Counted from the stretch's first letter, positions 53,614 to 63,214 are shown. The stretch is DNA of 64,000 nucleotides from Bacillales bacterium UBA4855 (GCA_002399785.1 DHEH01000004.1:19107-83106), one strand, 5' to 3'. Made by a program: numbers and translations. The notes: generated by a model from the sequence alone, not told the origin.

Positions 53614-53751
53614 TTAAATTTTCAAAGAACAATTTTTTATACTAACTCTCATGAGGTGTTTTAAACATACCATAAGAGAAAGACTCAATCAGGCTTTTAA
53701 AGAAAAGCATTTTTCTATTTAATTTTAATAGTTAGTCTCCTTAAATAAAAA

Positions 53752-53779
53752 GTCCTTACGATAATTTTATCATAAGGAC
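53752..53779 (-). terminator. Rho-independent terminator of the sugar ABC operon
   Basis: GTCCTTACGAT / ATCATAAGGAC pair at 10 of 11 positions with a 6-nt loop. An A-run on the plus strand gives a T-run on the minus strand. Confidence 0.6.
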
Positions 53780-53797
53780 CATTTACCTTAAATAAGC

Positions 53798-55870
53798 TTA
53801 TTTTTTCTTTAAATACTTCAAGGAATCAAGACAGACAGCGGTCATTATGATGACACCTTTGAAGATGTATTGAATATTAATATCGAATCCTAAATAAGTT
53901 AAGCAATAGGTTAATCCGGTAAAAATAATTGTACCAATAACGGCACCTCTTATTTTACCAACACCACCACTAAACGATATGCCACCAACAACACAAGCAG
54001 CAATAGCATCAAGTTCGGTTCCGTAACCTGTATTAGGGTTTGCAACACCTACTCTAGCACCTTCTAAGAATCCACCAATACCATAAAGAACACCAGCCAT
54101 AACAAATATTCCCATTGTGACTGCAAATACTGAAATACCACTTACACTAGCAGCTTCAGGATTGCCACCAACAGCATACATGTATTTTCCGAATTTGGTT
54201 CTATTCCAGATAAAATACATAACAACGATGGCGACAATAGCAAATATAATAATATTAATATTGCTTGTTCCTGTAATCGCTTTCTTGATGCTTAAATCCA
54301 TATTAAAAGCTGGAACAGATGAGAATAAAACCATCAAAGTACCAAACATAATTAATTGAGTAGAAAGAGTAGTTATAAATGGATGCATCTTGAATTTAGC
54401 AGCAAAGAATCCAGCAATTGCTGAGAACAAAACACATAAGAAAATAGACACAAATATAGCTAAGAAAATTCTGACACCCCAACTTAAACCAGTAACGTCA
54501 ATTAATAAGCCTTGGTTAGTTGAATAACTTGTAGCAGCTAAGAGCATACAAGATATCGAACCAGCCATACCGGTCATACGACCAATTGATAAGTCAGTAC
54601 CGGCAATTAAGATTAATCCTGCAACACCGAGTGAGAAGAAGACTTTTGTTGAAGATTGAGATAAAATACCATTAATGTTAGGCAAACTTAATAAATTCCC
54701 GTTTGAAGCAATAATACAAATAATAAAGAAAATTATAATAATAAAATACAAGGCATTTCTTAATAAGAAATCTTTTAAAACAAAATTATATTGATAAGTT
54801 GAAGCTTTATATTGTAACTTCTCAACGAGTGAATGGACATTATTTCTAGCTTTTCCTATATAACTATATTCATCAAGATAAGCATTATATTTATTTCTTT
54901 TTGCATTTTCTTTAATGTTTCTAAATGTTGAATCAATATTCTCAATATTTGATTTATGGAGAATCGTTTCAGCCTTAACATTAACATCAGCATCTTTAAT
55001 TTTGCTTTTATATGTTTCGATTTGTGATCCAAATTTACTCTTAATATCTGCGATAGAAGCCTCATGGCGATCTTTTTCAACTTCTCTTTCTTTGCCAGTT
55101 AATTTACTGAAATTGCTACTATATAAAGCTTTTTCGTTTTCAATTTCTTTACTCTCAGAAATTTTAATTTCAGAAATCTTTCTATTTGCATCATCACTAA
55201 TCTTAATTTTACTTTGTTTTATCAAAGTTAAAGATTTATTGTATCTTTCTTTTTCCTTATTAAGATTTTCATTGTAAACTTCCTTACCTTTTTTACAATT
55301 ATTTCTTTCTTCTAAACTAATATTGTAATAATTTTCACTTCCTTGAAGTTTAGCATCTTCAACAACTTCTTTAAGAAGATATTTGGTCATTGCAGTATCA
55401 TTAAGTTTACACGACTCAAGATAAATAGCATCTCTTTCGTGTTTCAACGTTCTTAAAGCATCGGCCATTTCCTTTTTGATAGAAAAATATGTTTTTTTAT
55501 CTTTCTTATCTAAATTTGCAAGTTTTTGTTTATATTCGCTTGTAGTTTTGGCTTCAGCTGTTTTATAAACCTCTGTGGCTTTGGCAATTTCATCTTTTTT
55601 ACTATCAAGAAATTCATTTTGGGCAACTTTATCAACTGCCATTTTTTCCTTAATTTCTTTAATAGTTCTTTTGTTTTGAAGAATTAGTTTTTGTTTAGTC
55701 AATTTATCAATTTGTTTATTCAATTTGATATCTCTATTTTCATTCTTCAAAGCGATAATTCTTGTAACATTATTTGCTCTTGTCTTTTTTAAATTTTCTA
55801 AATTTTTTTTAAATTTAGGATCTTCATTAAGATTTAAGTTTTCAATCTTTTTTTCAATATTATCTTTCAT
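53798..55870 (-). CDS. CUT2-type sugar ABC permease (MglC/RbsC-like) fused to a roughly 360-aa K/E-rich coiled-coil N-terminal domain
   Basis: The C-terminal 330 aa are a BPD_transp_2-type permease ('AGTDLSIGRMTG', 'GGNPEAASVSGI'). The N-terminal 360 aa are low-complexity K/E/N heptad-like sequence with no TM. Confidence 0.85.
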   Translation of the reverse strand: MKDNIEKKIENLNLNEDPKFKKNLENLKKTRANNVTRIIALKNENRDIKLNKQIDKLTKQKLILQNKRTIKEIKEKMAVDKVAQNEFLDSKKDEIAKATEVYKTAEAKTTSEYKQKLANLDKKDKKTYFSIKKEMADALRTLKHERDAIYLESCKLNDTAMTKYLLKEVVEDAKLQGSENYYNISLEERNNCKKGKEVYNENLNKEKERYNKSLTLIKQSKIKISDDANRKISEIKISESKEIENEKALYSSNFSKLTGKEREVEKDRHEASIADIKSKFGSQIETYKSKIKDADVNVKAETILHKSNIENIDSTFRNIKENAKRNKYNAYLDEYSYIGKARNNVHSLVEKLQYKASTYQYNFVLKDFLLRNALYFIIIIFFIICIIASNGNLLSLPNINGILSQSSTKVFFSLGVAGLILIAGTDLSIGRMTGMAGSISCMLLAATSYSTNQGLLIDVTGLSWGVRIFLAIFVSIFLCVLFSAIAGFFAAKFKMHPFITTLSTQLIMFGTLMVLFSSVPAFNMDLSIKKAITGTSNINIIIFAIVAIVVMYFIWNRTKFGKYMYAVGGNPEAASVSGISVFAVTMGIFVMAGVLYGIGGFLEGARVGVANPNTGYGTELDAIAACVVGGISFSGGVGKIRGAVIGTIIFTGLTYCLTYLGFDINIQYIFKGVIIMTAVCLDSLKYLKKK

Positions 55871-55884
55871 ATTGTTTATTCTCC

Positions 55885-57387
55885 TTAAAAGTATTTAGCA
55901 CAAAGTTTAAGTAATTCTTCTTGATTAGTTTCCTTTGTGTTAACAACACCGGCAACATGACGACGAGAAAGAACAACAATACGATTAGTAACGCCTAAAA
56001 TTTCTGGCATTTCACTACTAACCATAATAATTGATTTTCCTTGATTAGCTAATTTAATCATCAACTCATAAATTTGATATTTAGCCATAACATCAATTCC
56101 TCTTGTAGGTTCATCCATCAAAAATATATCTGGAGATCTCTCGAGCCATTTACCGACAATAACTTTTTGTTGATTTCCGCCAGATAACGAAAGAATTGTG
56201 TCGTTTCTACTATTACATTTTGTGTGTAATTGTGAAATTTCAAAATCAGTAGCTTTTCCCATCAACGAATTCGAAAGAGAAACTCCACCAATCATATATT
56301 TGTCGAAATTTGTTATACATGTATTAAAAGAAAGGTCAGCTTTGCCAAACAAACCATTAACTTTTCTTTCTTCTGTGATAAAAGCAAAATTATTTTCCAT
56401 GGCTTCTTTTGGATTTTTAAACCAAACACGTTTTCCCTTATATATAATTTCACCTTGACTCATTGTTCTAGCGCCAAATAAAGTTTCAAGAGCTTCACTT
56501 CTTCCAGCACCAACAAGTCCATATATACCCAAAATTTCACCTTTTTTCAAATCAAAAGATAAGTCATACAAATATGGTTTATATTTTGTACACATATTTT
56601 TTACTTGAAGAACAACTTCTCCAGGCACATTGGTCATTTTTGGAAATCTATTCTCCAATGATCTACCAACCATTGCCTTAATCAGTTCGTTTAAGTCTGT
56701 ATCTTTAACATTTTTATTAAGAGTAACAGCACCATCACGTAAGATGATAACGTTATCACATAAATCAAAAATTTCATCCATTTTGTGTGATATAAAAATA
56801 AAGCTAATATTTTTTTCTTTTTTAAGCTTTCTAATTATACTAAATAATTTGGCAACTTCTCTTTCGGAAAGTGAGCTTGTTGGCTCATCAAGAACAATGA
56901 TTTTTGCATCATAAGAAACAGCTTTAGCTATTTCGACCATTTGTCTTTGGGAAACCGACAATGTTCTCATTATTGTTTTTGGATCGTAGTACATATCCAA
57001 ATCAGAAAAAATCTCTTTGCATTTAGTAACCATTAATGAATCATTAACAATCCCAGCCGTTCCAATATATCTTCCCAAAAACATATTATCAACAATAGTT
57101 CTATCGAGGCATTGGTTTAATTCCTGGTGAACCATTGCTATACCACTTTCAAGCGCTTGCTTTGGGCCGGAAAATCTTATGTTTTTCCCATCCAATTTAA
57201 TGGAACCGCTATCCATAGAATAAATGCCAAAAAGGCATTTCATCATCGTCGATTTGCCTGCTCCATTTTCACCCATCAAGCCAAGGATTTCTCCTTTTTT
57301 TACTTTAAGATCAATATTTTTTAAAACATTATTTTTGCCAAAGGATTTAGATAAGCCTTTAATTTCGAGTATGTATTCATCACTCAT
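55885..57387 (-). CDS. Sugar ABC transporter ATP-binding protein with tandem NBDs (MglA/RbsA-like)
   Basis: 500 aa with Walker A 'GENGAGKST', 'LSVSQRQ', 'LDEPTSSL', a second degenerate NBD 'GLVGAGRSE', 'LSGGNQQK' and 'MDEPTRGID'. Confidence 0.92.
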   Translation of the reverse strand: MSDEYILEIKGLSKSFGKNNVLKNIDLKVKKGEILGLMGENGAGKSTMMKCLFGIYSMDSGSIKLDGKNIRFSGPKQALESGIAMVHQELNQCLDRTIVDNMFLGRYIGTAGIVNDSLMVTKCKEIFSDLDMYYDPKTIMRTLSVSQRQMVEIAKAVSYDAKIIVLDEPTSSLSEREVAKLFSIIRKLKKEKNISFIFISHKMDEIFDLCDNVIILRDGAVTLNKNVKDTDLNELIKAMVGRSLENRFPKMTNVPGEVVLQVKNMCTKYKPYLYDLSFDLKKGEILGIYGLVGAGRSEALETLFGARTMSQGEIIYKGKRVWFKNPKEAMENNFAFITEERKVNGLFGKADLSFNTCITNFDKYMIGGVSLSNSLMGKATDFEISQLHTKCNSRNDTILSLSGGNQQKVIVGKWLERSPDIFLMDEPTRGIDVMAKYQIYELMIKLANQGKSIIMVSSEMPEILGVTNRIVVLSRRHVAGVVNTKETNQEELLKLCAKYF

Positions 57388-57413
57388 TCTATCTTTCTCC
57401 TTACATAAATCAT

Positions 57414-57441
57414 AAGGTGAGACCTAGTTTGGTCTCACCTT
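57414..57441 (-). terminator. Intercistronic hairpin between the binding-protein and ATPase genes (partial terminator or mRNA stabiliser)
   Basis: AAGGTGAGACC-TAGTTT-GGTCTCACCTT is a perfect 11-bp stem, about 40 nt after the binding-protein stop. Confidence 0.5.
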
Positions 57442-57482
57442 ACTTTATAAAACTAAACTAAAATTAATTTTAAAACAGATAA

Positions 57483-58718
57483 CTATTTTTGAGCCTTTAA
57501 CCAATCAACAATCATCTTACCTTGTAATTGTCCACCTTGGTTAGCATCAAATCCAACATAGTAGATTGAATTGAATCTAGCATCGGCCATATTCACTGTA
57601 TCAACACTACCATCAGCATTTGTTCCTTGTCTGTTCCAGAAAACTACTGGTACATCAGTTGGAGAAGAAGTAGAAGCACCTAACTTTGTAGCTATCTTAT
57701 CAAGATATAAGTTAGTTGATGTTGTTTTGACCATATTAATAACATAAGCATCTTGAGCAGCAGCGGAATCAAGGTTATTAAGAGAACTTGTTTCAGAAGC
57801 ACCATCTCCTGATGTATATGTCATTTCAAAATTAAATTTATCATCATAAATTTCAAATAATGGCTTCATATTTGAGTTAAGGAATGTATCAGATGCTGAA
57901 TAATATGACATCCAAACTTTCTTTGATGCAGTTGTTCCTTTTGTAACATTGGTATCAACTAATTGAGCAGCGGTTTTTCCGACATATTTATCAACATTTG
58001 TACTTGTAATCGCAAAGTTATCAACAAGCATAGACTTATTGGTTGCATTGTAGTTATAAGTTGCATCAATCTTTCCATAACCATTTGTAGAAGCTTTACT
58101 AAATCCTTCTGCAGTTGGTTCAGCAACCTTATCAACAGCATTTCTTGTTATCATAAAGATACCAGCAGCTTGAGCGGATGCGTTTTGGTTAATTGTTCCC
58201 ATGATTTTTCCGTCTTTAATATATTGAAGAGCATCAGCATTGCTATCATAACCGAAGATTGGCTCATTTTCGATCCAATTTGTAGCACCAATAGCACCAA
58301 CAGCCATACCATCATTATTTGAAACAAATAAATCAATATCATTTCCATGTTTATTAATCCAAGTTTCTGTAGTATTAGTAGCAGTTTGTTGATCCCATGT
58401 AGCACCAGCAGTGTTCTTTTGTTCAGCAGCTTCAATTTCAACTACTTTATACTCTTTTCCGCCTAATGTAAGTTTTCCTTCAACGGCAGTTTCGGTATTT
58501 GGGTTAGTTTTCTTTGCTCCTCTAGTACCTAAAGCATCACGAATACCAGCAGTACGAGCAGCACTATCATTATGATCGATTTGTCCGATTAATAAGCAAT
58601 ATTTAATCGTACCATCAGCACTAGCATTTGCCCATGTCCAAGCAGTAGAAGATCCACACGAAACGATTGTTGTTCCTAACAACGCAGCAGCAACAAATGG
58701 AATTAATTGTTTTTTCAT
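57483..58718 (-). CDS. Sugar ABC substrate-binding lipoprotein (CUT2, MglB-like, large)
   Basis: Lipobox 'TIVSC'. The Peripla_BP_4-like pattern includes 'FVSNNDGMAVGAIGA'. Confidence 0.8.
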   Translation of the reverse strand: MKKQLIPFVAAALLGTTIVSCGSSTAWTWANASADGTIKYCLLIGQIDHNDSAARTAGIRDALGTRGAKKTNPNTETAVEGKLTLGGKEYKVVEIEAAEQKNTAGATWDQQTATNTTETWINKHGNDIDLFVSNNDGMAVGAIGATNWIENEPIFGYDSNADALQYIKDGKIMGTINQNASAQAAGIFMITRNAVDKVAEPTAEGFSKASTNGYGKIDATYNYNATNKSMLVDNFAITSTNVDKYVGKTAAQLVDTNVTKGTTASKKVWMSYYSASDTFLNSNMKPLFEIYDDKFNFEMTYTSGDGASETSSLNNLDSAAAQDAYVINMVKTTSTNLYLDKIATKLGASTSSPTDVPVVFWNRQGTNADGSVDTVNMADARFNSIYYVGFDANQGGQLQGKMIVDWLKAQK

Positions 58719-58789
58719 TATATAATTTTCCTCCTATAATTCCTAATTTAAAGGGTTTATTTATTTGCCCTAAAATCATTTACATTATA

Positions 58790-58803
58790 TGAAAGCGCTT
58801 TCA
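58790..58803. promoter_or_regulatory. Catabolite-responsive element (cre) abutting the -10 of the sugar ABC operon promoter
   Basis: TGAAAGCGCTTTCA is a perfect palindrome matching the CcpA cre consensus TGWAANCGNTNWCA. On the minus strand it is immediately followed by TATAAT (58789-58784). Confidence 0.65.
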
Positions 58804-58844
58804 ATAAAAGAATTTAATTTTCTCTAAAAAATTTATAAAATTCT

Positions 58845-59882
58845 CTACAATTGAATTTCTTTAACATTTTCAATAGTAATAATTTCTCCAGGAATATAAA
58901 GGACACGATTTCGATCAAACTCATATGGTCCGTTTAAAACATCAAGACCATTTATAAACGCATCGACCAACCAAGAAATAGCTTTGGCTTGTTCTTTTGC
59001 ATCATTATATACAGTTCCATATAAATAGCCATTTTCAATAGCTTCGCAGCCAACTTGTGTAGCATCAACACCAACAATAGGGAAATAATTATCAATAAAA
59101 TCTCCTACTCTTTTATAATCAGTTCTCAATCTTATGTAATCGATAGCACCTAAAGCCATATCATCATTATTTGAAACAATCAACTCTATATCATTAGTTT
59201 GGGCATGTTTGACATATATTTTTCCAAAACTTTCGTTAGCAAGTTTTCTGTCCCAATTACAATACGATGTTTCTAAAACTTCGTATTTATATCCTAAAGA
59301 AGAAATTTTATCAATAAAACTTCTCGTTCTTGATTCAGCATCTTGATGGCCTAATTCTCCTTTTAATAATACTAATTGAATAATTCCGTCTCCATTTTTA
59401 TCGTATGTAGACCCTAAATATTTATTTGCTCCACCATATAAAGAATTAAGAAGAGTGGCTTGATTGCTACCTTCTAAATATGGGTTGCTCCCTATGTAAT
59501 AACACTCATCATACATTTGCATGGTGTCATTAAGCGGTTCTCTATTAATAAATATTAAAGGTTTATAATTTTTCTTCGCTAATTCAACAAAAGCGGAAGC
59601 GGATAGACGATCAACAGCATTAATTATATAGTAATTATTTTCAATATCCCATGTAAAGGCCTTTTCAATTTGTTTATTCTGTATATTTTGATTGCCTGCA
59701 GCATATTGAACTTCAACATTGTAATCTGGTGAATTAAGATTGATTAATATTTGGGAAGTAAGAGATTTTATAAAGGTGTCATCTTCTTTATAGATAAAGA
59801 CATTAATTAGCTTTTTATTATTTGAACAACTTGAAAGTAATAATAAGGGCAAAAGCAAAAAGACTTTTAATTTATTTTTCAT
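58845..59882 (-). CDS. Periplasmic-binding-protein-type lipoprotein, likely the ligand-sensing partner of the adjacent kinase (XylFII-like role)
   Basis: I set the start at MKNKLKVF with lipobox 'LLSSC', overlapping the kinase 3' end by 11 nt. 'IVSNNDDMALGAI' is the sugar-binding PBP fold. Confidence 0.7.
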   Translation of the reverse strand: MKNKLKVFLLLPLLLLSSCSNNKKLINVFIYKEDDTFIKSLTSQILINLNSPDYNVEVQYAAGNQNIQNKQIEKAFTWDIENNYYIINAVDRLSASAFVELAKKNYKPLIFINREPLNDTMQMYDECYYIGSNPYLEGSNQATLLNSLYGGANKYLGSTYDKNGDGIIQLVLLKGELGHQDAESRTRSFIDKISSLGYKYEVLETSYCNWDRKLANESFGKIYVKHAQTNDIELIVSNNDDMALGAIDYIRLRTDYKRVGDFIDNYFPIVGVDATQVGCEAIENGYLYGTVYNDAKEQAKAISWLVDAFINGLDVLNGPYEFDRNRVLYIPGEIITIENVKEIQL

Positions 59883-61605
59883 TTTTATCACCAATCTTAT
59901 CCTTTTTTGTAATAAAGATACTAATATCAGTTCCTGAATCAAGTTCACTAGTTATTAAAATATTAGCTAAATCTCCATAATACATTTTTATTCTTAAAAA
60001 TACATTTTGTAAACCAACACCTTTATGAATAGTTGGATCTTTAAATGAATTATAGATATCTTCTATTTTGTCTTCGGTCATACCAAAGCCATCATCAATT
60101 ATATCGAATCTAATTAAATCCCCTGCAAATTCCCCCTTAATTGTTATTTTGCCTTCCATATCGTCTGCATTTCTAATTCCGTGGGCAATCGCATTCTCAA
60201 TTATTGGTTGAAGGATTAATTTGACGCATTCATATTCATAAAGTTGAGGATCAATATCAATATAATAGGTAAAACTATCTCCGCATCTTAATTTTTGAAT
60301 CAACAAATAATTTTTAGCGTGTTCAATTTCATCTTTAATTGGAATTATTGCTTTTCCGTTAGAAATTGAAATTCTAAAGAACTTTGATAAAGCCATAATC
60401 ATCTTTTCGGCTTTATCATTTTCATTTCTATTAATCATATATATAATTGAATCAAGCGTATTGTATAAAAAATGAGGATTTATTTGATTTTGTAAAGCTT
60501 TTAATTCGCTTTCTTTTTGCGCTTTTTGTTCTAAAACAATCTTGTTTGCAAGTTCATTAATACGATTCATCATAGCATTAAAAGACTTATCTAACTCTTG
60601 AACTTCTCTACTTCCTTTAATGAGGTTTTGTTTCTTATATGAGTAGTTTAAAAGCTCAACTCTCTCCATCTCTTTTTGAAGTTCCGCAATTGGATTTGTA
60701 ACAGTTTTAGCTATTCCAAAAACCAATAATATATAAAGAGTAATAGCGATCGCTCCAAACAAAATTAATAAAAAAGTATAAAGATTTGTTGTTTTAATTA
60801 AGGCATTATTATTTGTTAAAATTGCAACTCTCCAAGTTGTATTTGAGATTGTCGAAATATATAAAACATAATTAACATTATCAATAAATATTTCTTTTGA
60901 ACCAATTACTAAATCTTTATAAATAGCTAATTCTTTAGAATCGAAGGAACTATTTGAAGAATAAACAACATTGTAATTGTTATTAAAAATTGTAATGTGT
61001 CCTCCCTCTCCTAAATCGCTTTGAGCAATCGAACTAGCAACACGTCCAAAATCATAAGTGATACGTAAAACTCCGTGATCCGCTTCTTTATTAAAAGTAA
61101 AATATTTTGAAATGAAGAAAGTGTAACCACCTCCATCTTCGCCGATTGAACTGAAATTATTGATCTGTTGATTTGTAATTGCCGAAGTATACCATTTATC
61201 GTCTTCACTAGCATTTGTTCCAGAAAATCCCGATGAATAGGCAATTATTTTTCCGTTATCAGTAGTATCAATGCTATTGTAAGAATAAATCGAAATATCG
61301 CTTACTTCACGGATAACATTTTTAACATTATCAAGCATTGAATTTACTGGAATAGAATCAACTTTGATATCAGTATTTGCTAAAGATTCTTGAATTGAGT
61401 CACTTGCCGAAATTGCTGAAGAAAAATAGTTTTCGTAATTGTTTAAAATCTCTCCATTACTAACATTAATTTGTTTATTGGTAACTTCTTGTGCATTTTG
61501 AGTAACAATAAGAGTCGAAGTAACAACGATAATCGTAATAAAAATTACGGACATCGCACAAAGAGGAATAGTTAGTATATTTTTTAAAGAATGAGGTTTT
61601 TTCAT
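59872..61605 (-). CDS. LytS/YesM-type sensor histidine kinase
   Basis: Two TMs flank an extracytoplasmic domain. These are followed by HAMP, the His_kinase motif 'QINPHFLYNTLDSI' and the HATPase motif 'DDGFGM....GVGLQNV'. Confidence 0.85.
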   Translation of the reverse strand: MKKPHSLKNILTIPLCAMSVIFITIIVVTSTLIVTQNAQEVTNKQINVSNGEILNNYENYFSSAISASDSIQESLANTDIKVDSIPVNSMLDNVKNVIREVSDISIYSYNSIDTTDNGKIIAYSSGFSGTNASEDDKWYTSAITNQQINNFSSIGEDGGGYTFFISKYFTFNKEADHGVLRITYDFGRVASSIAQSDLGEGGHITIFNNNYNVVYSSNSSFDSKELAIYKDLVIGSKEIFIDNVNYVLYISTISNTTWRVAILTNNNALIKTTNLYTFLLILFGAIAITLYILLVFGIAKTVTNPIAELQKEMERVELLNYSYKKQNLIKGSREVQELDKSFNAMMNRINELANKIVLEQKAQKESELKALQNQINPHFLYNTLDSIIYMINRNENDKAEKMIMALSKFFRISISNGKAIIPIKDEIEHAKNYLLIQKLRCGDSFTYYIDIDPQLYEYECVKLILQPIIENAIAHGIRNADDMEGKITIKGEFAGDLIRFDIIDDGFGMTEDKIEDIYNSFKDPTIHKGVGLQNVFLRIKMYYGDLANILITSELDSGTDISIFITKKDKIGDKNEK

Positions 61606-63206
61606 TTTTGTTTTTTATAAGTTAATGGAGAAACTCCGTAATATTTTTTGAAGCAGTGAGAAAAATAATAAGGATCTTCATAGCCGATTTTACTTGCTAT
61701 TATAATCAATTTTTCGTCTGAACTAAGCAACAAATTTTTGGCCGCTTCCATTCTTTTATCAGTAAGACATTTAGTAAATGATGTATTGTGAGTTTTTAAA
61801 ATTGCACTAATATAGGAAACACTATAACCTAAATCTTTGCCAACTTTTTCTAACGACAAATTAGTGTCTGTATAATTGTTTAAAATATAATCGACGATTT
61901 GATTATAAGATAATTCAATACGACTAACTTTACTTTCGTTATTAATCTTATCAATTCTATCAACGAGATTATTAAAGAAAGCAAGACGAGCATCGTTAGT
62001 TTTATAACTATACATCGTTTTTACTAAATCAGCCTGAGACATATAAGAATCATACAAACTTGAAATAGAAATACAGGATTTAACGAGAATATTTAGCAAA
62101 TTATCCATAATAAAAAAGTAAGTATCTTTAAAAGTTTCAGGAGTAACCTTTTCAAATAAAGTAGCTATTTTATTTTTTGATTCCTCAGCGCGTCCATAAA
62201 GAAGTTCGTAACTTATCGCTTTAAATTCATTATCGTCCACCTTACCTGATTGAGGTTTGGTATTATTTAAATCACTAAAAAATAAAACAGATCCTTTGCC
62301 AATAACAGTTCTGAATTCTAATGTTCTTTCAGCATGACGATATAATTTTCTAAAACTCATACCGCTATTTATGCCACCTTCATCATCAAATTCGCTGGTT
62401 CCAACTGACATTGAAGTTTTAGAAGATTTGTTAATAATAGCAATTATTTTCTTTAAAATGGCTTCAATTTCTTCTTTTTGAATTTCGCCATTATTCATAA
62501 CAAACAAATTATAGTGTTGTGTACTTTGGAAAAATAAAGTTTTATAAGGAGAATATAAAAATTCTTCATTAATAACTTTTTCTAATAAAAGACCGGCGTT
62601 TTCAAATTCATTTATCGTGATTTTGTCGTATTCTTCATCAAAATCAAAGATACAAAAAAACAGATTTTTAAAGTTTAGATTGATTCCATCTTCCTTTAAA
62701 CGGGCACGGAATTCATCGCTAATATTTTTGGTCGTCATCAAAAGATTTAAATCCATCAACTTTGTCAATTCCTTATTCTTTTTCGCTTCTTCTGTGGTTA
62801 CTATTTCTTCTTTTTCAAAATTAGTAAGCTTATTCAATAAAGTTTTCGCTTTATCCATCGACTCATTTAATTCTTCAAAAGAAATAGGTTTCGATAAATA
62901 TCCAACAACACAACCTAAACTTATAGCTTGTTTTGCAAAATCAAAACTATCATATCCAGAAATAATTATAGCTTGAATCAAAGGCAGCTCTTCTTTTGCT
63001 CTCTTTAATAATTCAATCCCATCTATATAAGGCATTTTAATATCAGTAATAATTAAATCAGGTTGAAGAGAAACACCACTAACTAAAGCGTCATAACCAT
63101 TATCAAAAAAACCGATAACTTCGAAAGAATCTTTAAATTTTTCTAGTTGTCCTAACAATCTTTCTCTAACGGCTAATTCATCATCAGCAATTATTACTTT
63201 AAACAT
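61602..63206 (-). CDS. YesN-type response regulator (REC + AraC-family HTH)
   Basis: 'VIIADDE', 'LIITDIKMPYIDGIEL', and the C-terminal AraC signature 'IASKIGYEDPYYFSHCFKKYYGVSP'. Confidence 0.9.
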   Translation of the reverse strand: MFKVIIADDELAVRERLLGQLEKFKDSFEVIGFFDNGYDALVSGVSLQPDLIITDIKMPYIDGIELLKRAKEELPLIQAIIISGYDSFDFAKQAISLGCVVGYLSKPISFEELNESMDKAKTLLNKLTNFEKEEIVTTEEAKKNKELTKLMDLNLLMTTKNISDEFRARLKEDGINLNFKNLFFCIFDFDEEYDKITINEFENAGLLLEKVINEEFLYSPYKTLFFQSTQHYNLFVMNNGEIQKEEIEAILKKIIAIINKSSKTSMSVGTSEFDDEGGINSGMSFRKLYRHAERTLEFRTVIGKGSVLFFSDLNNTKPQSGKVDDNEFKAISYELLYGRAEESKNKIATLFEKVTPETFKDTYFFIMDNLLNILVKSCISISSLYDSYMSQADLVKTMYSYKTNDARLAFFNNLVDRIDKINNESKVSRIELSYNQIVDYILNNYTDTNLSLEKVGKDLGYSVSYISAILKTHNTSFTKCLTDKRMEAAKNLLLSSDEKLIIIASKIGYEDPYYFSHCFKKYYGVSPLTYKKQK

Positions 63207-63214
63207 AACTCCCC

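Larger units (their letters stand above)
52241..53745 (+). mobile_element. IS110-family insertion sequence (boundaries approximate)
   Basis: DEDD/Transposase_20 recombinase gene with about 200 nt of structured 5' non-coding DNA and about 130 nt of 3' non-coding DNA. Related motifs AGTCCCCTTA (52247-52256) and AGTCTCCTTAA (53734-53744) lie near the proposed ends. The proposed right end abuts the terminator of the ABC operon. Confidence 0.55.
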
